From Gammaproteobacteria bacterium (GTDB taxonomy: Bacteria; Pseudomonadota; Gammaproteobacteria; SZUA-229): a DNA stretch of 40,967 nucleotides. A model generated the notes under the pieces. It saw nothing but the letters and a program-made list of their open reading frames with translations, searched no databases and was not told the DNA's origin. A program made the position numbers and the translations under genes. This document shows, one piece after another, positions 14,617 through 23,600 of the stretch (position 1 is its first letter; each line of letters starts with the position of its first letter). The stretch is from assembly GCA_026196545.1 (NCBI GenBank), contig JAPHSZ010000043.1, positions 1 to 40,967 on the forward strand. The letters run 5' to 3'.

Positions 14617-17600
14617 ATGGGTGTTGATATGAAGCTTATTTTCACTAAACAGTGGTTTCGAATAGGAAGGCTTAGTTTTACTGATATAACCTGTGGGTTA
14701 CTTTTGTCTTCTGTATTAACCAGTCTGCCTGTAATTGCGGCACCGCAAGGTGGTGCAATTGTTGCAGGTCAGGGAAACATCACAACCCCTTCTTCATCGG
14801 TCACACAGGTTCAGCAGTTAAGCAATAATTTAGTCGTCGACTGGCAGAGTTTTAATGTCAACGCTAATGAACTGGTTCAATTTTCTCAACCCACTTCTAC
14901 ATCTGCTGTATTAAATCGTATCAACGATGTTTTGCCCTCTGAAATTTACAGTTCCATTGAAGCAAATGGCCTGGTTTTCTTAATGAATCCAAATGGTATG
15001 CTGTTTGGTGAGGGCGCGAATATACAGGTCAATGGCCTGTTCGCAACTAATCTTAATATAGATTCCAGTCGTTTTATGGCGGGCGATTATGCCTTTGAAT
15101 CCATGGGTATGATAGACGGCAAGATTGTTAATCAGGGTATTATATCGGCATCAACCGGTGGTGTTTCGCTGGTCAGTGATACCGGTGTCGTTAACGAAGG
15201 CCAGATTCTGGCAACCGTTGGCTCAGTCAATCTGGCAGTGGCGAAATCAGCGACCCTTGATTTTACTGGCGATGGCATGCTCCAGCTCAGTGTTAGTGGT
15301 GAAGTCCTGGAAAATGCGCAGGCACTTGATGAGGCAATTAAGAATACTGGTGAAATAGTTGCCGAAGGTGGCGATGTTCTAATCAGTGGCCAGGTTGCGC
15401 GTGACGTGTTTACCAATGTGGTCAATAACACCGGCATTATAAAAGCAACACGCGTTATTAATGAAGGTGGGGTCATAATGCTTGCGGGGCCATCGGGTGA
15501 TATCAGCAATAGTGGCACGCTGGATGTGTCTGGTGCCGAAGCAGGTGAGATAGTTGTAACAGCCGAAAATATTGCCCACAGTGGTTTGATTGATGCTTCT
15601 GCAACTGAAGGTGACGGTGGCAGCGTTACACTACAGTCTTCAAATGATACTTTTTTGCAGGGACAGTCTTTAATAAGTGCATCTGCTGATAACGGTGTGG
15701 GTGGGACCGTTCATGTACTGGGCAATCGTGTCGGTTTGTTTGATCAATCCAGTATTGATGCATCGGGTTTGACCGGTGGCGGCGAAATTTTAATTGGTGG
15801 TGATTATCAGGGTAAGAATGCAGCAATACAGAATGCAACTCGAACCCTGGTAACAGCTAATGTCAATTTAAATGCTGATGCTATTCAGACAGGTGATGGC
15901 GGCAAGATAATTGTCTGGTCAGATGAAGTAACGCAATTTTATGGTGACATTTCTGCAACCGGCGGCAACCTGTTTGGTGATGGTGGTTTTGCCGAGGTCT
16001 CTGGCAAACAGTCGTTAGATTTTTCTGGTTTTGTTAATTTATCAGCAGTTAATGGCGCAAACGGTTTATTGCTGCTTGATCCCGATAATGTCACCGTTGT
16101 AAATAACGGTTCTGATGTGCTGACTTCGATTGATGAATTTGCTGATACAGTTTGTACAAACTGTAATGTTGATGACGGTACTATTGAGTCAGTGCTTTTT
16201 GCCGGTACCGATGTTCTGATTCAGGCCAACGATGACATCACCATTGATAACAGATCAATTAATGGAACCAATAGTAGTGGCACCACCTCAACGCTTACAT
16301 TGTTGGCAGGTGATGACATTATTATTAATAATGATATTAATGTCGCAGGTGATGGTATCAACCTTGTGTTGTCTGCAGGTGATGCAGGAGCAACACCTAC
16401 GGCAGGCGCTGAGTCAACAGCAGATATTTTTATAAATGGTCTTATTTCATTAGGTGGTGGTACTTTTAGTGCTACGACGAGAACAAACGGTGTAATAACG
16501 GGAGGTTCAATAACTGCTGGTGCCGCTGCTGATATTATCACTGCTGCTGAAGTCTCATTTGATGCTATTGGTTCTATAGATGTTAATACTGATGCGCCAC
16601 TGTTATCTGCCACATCAAGTACAGGTACTATTAAAATCGATAGTACCTATTCAGCGGGTGATGTTGAAATAGGTACAGCTGGTGCAGTCAGTGGTATTAC
16701 AACCACTGACCAGACTATAACGCTAAACTCAGTTGATGCCGGATTCAATATTACACAAGCAGTGAATGCCGGTGCTTCGACTGTGGCAATTACTGCAAGT
16801 GATAGCGGCACAACGGGTGATTATGCAGTCAGTGGAACGGGCGTTATTTCAAGTGCAGGTTTGACGATAAGTGCAGAATCAGCCATTGATGTGGTAACCG
16901 CTACTGTAAATACAAGTACCGTGAATCTGACAACGACCAGTGATACCGGTGACATCACGGTTGTTGAAGGAAATGATTTAATTGCCTCCGATGTCTCTAT
17001 CACCACAAATGGCAATGCACAAACTATCGATATCAGCGCCAATAGCTGGGACATTGATGCTGCTGTAATTGCTGATGCAACGGATACCCTGGTGTTAAGG
17101 GCTACAGGCGGAGATATTAATGATGCTGCTGGCACAAACACTATCACAGCTACAGCCCTGGCGATGCAGGCTACGGGCAATATTAATGTCGCAAGCAATG
17201 CAGCGACTATTGCCGCAAATTCAAGCGCAGGCAGTATCGTAATCAATAGCGCTTATACAGGCAGTGATTTGATCGTTGGCAGTGTGATTGGTGGGGCAGG
17301 TACGATTACCGGCCTTAGTGCTGTTGATAACACGGTAACATTAAATTCAGCAGAAGCCGGCATTGATATCCAGGAAGCAATTAGCGCAGGCAATGGTGCT
17401 ATTAATTTGACGACGACGGAAGCGGCTCCCGGCTCATTTGATTATGACATTACGGATGCCGGTTCGCCGGGTACGATTTCAACCAGCGGTGTATTAACTG
17501 TTAATGCTGATGGGCTTATTGATATTAATACAGACCTTGATGGCGGTACGCTCAACGTGACCACTAGCGGGGCAGCGGCTGCTGGCAATATTACAGTAGT

Positions 17601-20600
17601 TGATACAGGTGCATCAGCGATTACTCTTTCAGGTGTTACTACAGAAACAGATAACCAGACGATTGACCTGACCTCAGGTGCAGGCTGGGATGTGAATGCA
17701 TCGTTTGGTGATGCAAATGACAGCATTGCACTGACGGCGACGACCGGCAATATTGAGGGAACCGGCACTATTACAGCGGCTGATCTTACGTTAACTGCTA
17801 GTGATGGAGGCATAGGTACGCTTGCAGCTGTTAATACGGCGATAACAGGTGATATTAACCTTGAAACTGGTGGTGCCGGCACATTGGGTAATATCGATGT
17901 GTCAAATTCCAAAACAGGTTTATCTACTCTGAATAGTGTTGTAACGAATACCACTTCCTCGCCTGATGATGCCCAGGCCGTTAATCTGGTCGCCAGTGAA
18001 GGCTGGGATATTCAGGGTAGTGTGGGCGATGTTGCAGATACCATTCAAATCGTAGCCACCACGGGTAATATTGAAGGTGCCGGGACTGTTACGGCCGCTG
18101 ATCTCACACTCACTGCCACTACCGGTGGGATTGGTACACTTGCAGCGATCAATACCGCGGCGGCAGCAGTATCATTTGAAACAGGTGGTGCTGGCATCTT
18201 AGGCAATATTGATGTCTCCAATACCCATACGGGCTTAACAGCCCTGAATGGTGTAACAACAGCTGCTGATAATCAGGTTATCAACCTGCTTGCCAGCGAA
18301 GGCTGGGATATTCAGGGGGATGCGGGTGACACAAACGATACCATGACACTGACAGCAACAGCAGGTGATATCGATCGGAGTAGCGGTACGGCTGTTTTAA
18401 CTGCGGCGGCTTTAGTGCTGGATGCGCAGGCAGGTGGTATCGGTATCGGCGGCGCTGTTGATGCGTCAGCAGCCTCTATTTCGTTGATCACAGGTGGTGC
18501 GGGTACAGGTGCAGATGCTGATTCAGGTGATATCTTCTTTGCGACCACAGGTGGATTTAGCGTTAGTGCTTTTTCTGGCAATATCTCTACAGATGCTACA
18601 ACGGGTCAGACAATAGAGCTTTCTGCTGACAGCTGGAATATTGATGGTGCAAGCATTGGAGATGCTAATGATAGCCTGGTGCTTAATGCCGCTAGCCTTG
18701 GATTTTCAGGTGTTGGTACATTAACGGCAGCAGCGATTGGGCTCAGTGCGACAGGTGCAAATGATATTAATGTTATTACCAATGCAGGGTCGGTGGCTGC
18801 TTCAACAGGTACGGGTGATATTTCAATTACCAGTTCGTACAACGCAGGCACATTAACAGTCGATGCCGTGGGCACGCTCTCGGGCATCAGTACAAATGGT
18901 GGCACTATTACGCTGACATCAACGGATGCGTCGATAGATGTTGTTGAAAGCATTAATGCGGGAGCTGGTGCAGTCACTATTGCAACACTGGATAGTGGAG
19001 CCACAGGTGACTATGACATCAGCGGAACCGGTGGGGTAGCGACGACAGGATTGCTAACGCTGGAAGCAGATGGAGGCGTTACTGGTCTTAATGTTGATCT
19101 GCAAGCAACGGGCACAGTCAATGTAGCAAGCCATGGTGCCGGTGCTTTAGGTAATGTGACATTGGTGGATACATCTGCAATGCTTATCAGCCAGATCATT
19201 GGTCTGACGACAGATGGCATTGGAACTCAGAGCATTAGCTGGAGCGCTGATAGCTGGAATATTGATGGGAGCACCGGTAACACAGCTGATAATCTTTCGC
19301 TTACCGCGACTAATGGTATTGCTTTCACCGTGGGTACACTCAGTGCAGCGAATCTTAATCTGACTGCATCAGGTGGTGATATTGGTACCAGCCCTTCTAA
19401 AGTTAGCACTAATGTTGCCGGTACCCTTACTGCGGATGGTTCCAATATCTATATCAGTGATACAAATACTGGCGCATTGACGCTGGGTGCCATAAATGCT
19501 GGCGCAGGCGCAGTTGAACTGGTTGCGGCTAATGGTTTTGATGGCAGTGGCACAATCACAGCAGGTACCCTTAATTTATTAGCATTGAATGCCGGAGCTG
19601 CTATTGGCTCTTCAGGCATATCTATCATGACTGATATTAGCGGCGCACTGACAGCAAAAACAAATAATGGCGATATCTATCTCAGTGATGCCGGTAGCCT
19701 GTTGATTGATAAGATTGATGCGGGAGCTGGTGATGTTGAATTGAGTGCTGTTGGTAGTATTAGTGATGCGGCAGGTGCTGATACAGTTGTTGATATCTAC
19801 GCAAAAAATCTTACTATAGACACGACTGCGGGCGCCGGTGTGAGTGCCAGTGATGCACTTAATTTGCAGGTCGCTGAATTGATTATTACCAATTCAACTG
19901 GCGACTTTTTCTTAACTAACGCGGGTGCGTTAACACTTAGGGAAGTCACTGCTGGTTCGATTGATCTGTTTGCATCGGGTGATCTTACGGTTCGTGGCAA
20001 TGTGACAACATCAGCAGGTGGTATAGCGCTTTCATCAGCCGGAATTTTGTCAGTTCTTGATGATGGTAATAGTTCGTTGATTAGCTCAAATTCAACAGGC
20101 GGGGGGGCATCCTCAATATACACTACGAATACCTATGATTATGGTGCAGTAGCGCTGGATACAAATGGTACTGGAGATATTTCTCTAGTTAGTAATGATA
20201 TTCGTATTCAAACAGCGTATTCAACAGGCACTGGCTGGTTACCAAATGGCAGTCATCTGTATTTAGTAGATCCCATTCTCATGATCTATATATCAGTTCC
20301 TGATTATTTAGCTAACATATATGAATATCCCGACGCCACACTAAATGCAGGCGCCAATTCAGTTATCTTTGATACCTATACCGCATCAAATACGTTGGCA
20401 CTGGGCAGCATGCTGACTAATGCTGAAATTTCCCGTGTTACTGCTGCCAGTGCTATACAGTTCGGCACATTGGCGAACACCGGCGGTATTCAATTAACAT
20501 CAAGTATTAATACTAATTTAATTGCCGATACACTACTGGTTACTTCAGGTGCGGTTACAAACTCAGTGGCAACAAATACCCTAACAGCAGATGGCCTATC

Positions 20601-23600
20601 CATTGATGCAGGCAGCGGTATTGATTTGCGTGTTTCATCGAATACGATCTCGGCTGTAAATAATACTAATGGTGATATTTATTTAAGCTTTGTTGGCGAT
20701 GCAACGCTGGGCGGCGCTGGCCAGACCATTGAGAATAATGCTGCTGATAGTAAGATCAGTATTGCTGCAACCGGCAACCTTGTTATTGCAAATGATTTTA
20801 TTGTGGCGGGTAATGGTACGGTGTCACTCGATGCCAATGATGATGCTATTGGCACAGGCTCAATTACTCGCACAGCAGGAACTATTACTGCAAATAATGT
20901 TCTGCTTGGTACGAAAGGTACAACCACAGCCATTGGTGCTGCAGGCTCCCCGGATACGATTGTTGTTTCATCACCTAATATCACTGCACAGACAACCACG
21001 GGTGATATTTTTATACAGAATGACCAGGCAGTGAATTTGACCATGTCTGCGGGTGGCAATGCCGAGTTTACCAATACTGCGGGTGCAATTTCATCAGTGG
21101 CGGCACAATCCATTAATGCCACGGGTAACTTAACACTCAGAGCTGATGATATGCAATTTGATGCCACATCAATTGTAAGTGGTGCCAATATTAATCTGTA
21201 TACGCAGACGGCTACTGCTGGCTATCTGCTTGGTGACAACACGAATGTAGCTGGTCGAGTTGAACTGACGGAAGCTGAGTTGCAGACACTTTCATCAACA
21301 GGTGTCGTTACTATAGGTGAGAATGGTGTTAATACCGGCGATATTATTCTGGGTGGTGTGGTTGATTTGAGTGCTGAGAGTTTTTCTTTGGCGCTGGTGA
21401 CTGAGGGTAAGATTGATACATTGTCTATGGGTAATATATTGAATCTTAACAATGGTGCATCACTCACACTGGATGCGCTAAATATCGGTGAGACTAACCC
21501 GATTGAAACTGTTGCCTCTATTATTAATGTCATAACTAATAATGGTAACGTTAATCTTGATAATGGGCTGGCTATTGATGATCTTCAGTTGGATGCAGGT
21601 ACGGGTGTTGTTGATATCAACAACACTGGGTACATAGTCTCATCAACGGCATTAACAGCCGGTGCATTTACAATTGATGCCAGTGAGTGGTTCTATTTAA
21701 CATCTGGTAGCTCAATAACAGCCAGTACCGGAGATATTGCAATAACGGTCGAAGCTATTGGATCGTATGATTTTCTTATTCTTGATGATGGTACATCGAT
21801 TGAAGCTACTGCTGGCGATTTGATATTAACAGCTGACAGGATGGTTTTTGATTACAACCAATTTGGAGGAGTGGGTGCTTCAGCGCTAACAGGTAATAAT
21901 ATCTTCATTAATCCTTACACAAATGGCCGGGGCATTGTATTGGGTAGTCCTTCTCTTGCATTGGAAGATACTAGTGTTCCTTATGACATCACCTTGAACC
22001 TTAATGCTGACGAACTAGCCATGTTAGATACCAATGGCACTGGTGGCACAGTCACAATCGGTGGTGTCGGCTATACCGGAAATGTAGATATGGGACAGAC
22101 AGCTGTTGATTTGAGTTTAGAGAATTTCGACTTCACGGTTACAACAACAGGTGCAATTGATGACACAACAGGAGCTGGCATTATTAATGCTCTTTCATTA
22201 AATACAGGAAAAATACTGACATTAAATGCCGGCACAGGCATTGGCAATACCAATGCAATTACTTTTACTTCTGATAGTGTAAGCGCAATCAATACAGCTT
22301 CAGGTGATCTGGCATTGGCACCTACAGACACTATTACGTTAGGTGGAGCAGGTATCACCATTGATCAGCAAGCCCCTGATGGCACTTTGAGTATCAATTC
22401 GGGTGGTGACATTATAATTGCGGGAGATGTTTCTGTGAGCGGTGGTGGTTTGAGTACGGTAGAGCTTGATGCAGTAGGAACGATTACCCTGGATACAGGT
22501 ACTGAGACCGTGACCGCAAACACCATTAACCTGGGGCTTGGTGGTACAACCACCTCAATTGGTACTTCAGGTACGCCAGTGCTTCTAGATGGCAGTGTTC
22601 TCAATATAAATAGTACTGGTGATGCATTTATAGAAAATAAAAGTGCAACAGCTGCTCAACTTGCTGGTACAACTGCAAATCTTACATTTGTTCAAAGTGG
22701 TACAGGTGATCTGGCGTTGGGTAATGTGTTCTCAGGTGTTATAGATATCACCACGGATTTATCAGATATTAATGGTGTAGCAGGCCAAACCGTGAAGGGT
22801 ACTGATTTAATGATTGTATCTGCGGGTTCGATTGGTATTACCGAGAACCTGTCAGTTGATGCATCAAATTCACTGTCATTGACAACCAATGGAACTGGTG
22901 CAGCAGGTAGTATTATTGTTCGTTCCGGCACAGCGGTGCCATTGTCAAACCTGACAACAAACAATGGCGATAGCAATACCATTATTGGACTTGTAGCACC
23001 CAGTTTTAGTATTGATTCAAATTTATCTGGCGATAATTTATTGTTAAACGCGGATGGTACTATTAATCCACTCGATCCAAATGCAGGTAAGATAACAATC
23101 AATGCAGACCTTGATTATATTGATATTTATCTTGGTGCAACAGAAAGTATCACTCAGACAGCGGGTGTAATTACGGCTACTCAGTTGTTAATCAACTCTG
23201 CCAATGCCGTGAATCTCTCTGATGATGGTCTTGGTACTTATTATAGTAATGACGTTGATACTCTGGCTGCCAGCATTACCAATGCAGGGCAGGATTTTGC
23301 CTTTAATGATGTTGATGATCTCAATCTTGGACAGATAGCGGGAATAGCCCCATTACTAACAACCGCAGGTATTACAACCAATGGCGGTGCAATTAATTTA
23401 ACGACGGGTGGCGCATTAACCCAGAGCGCACTCGGCGTGATTAGCGGTGGTGCATTAATTACAAATACTGATGGTGGTGCAGCCTTAAATAGCGCTACTA
23501 ATGTTGTTGCAAGTTTTAATGGTACAGATACCACAGGTAATATTTCATTAACAGATACAGGGGCGCTGATTATTACCGGTATTACTACAGGGGGCAATGT

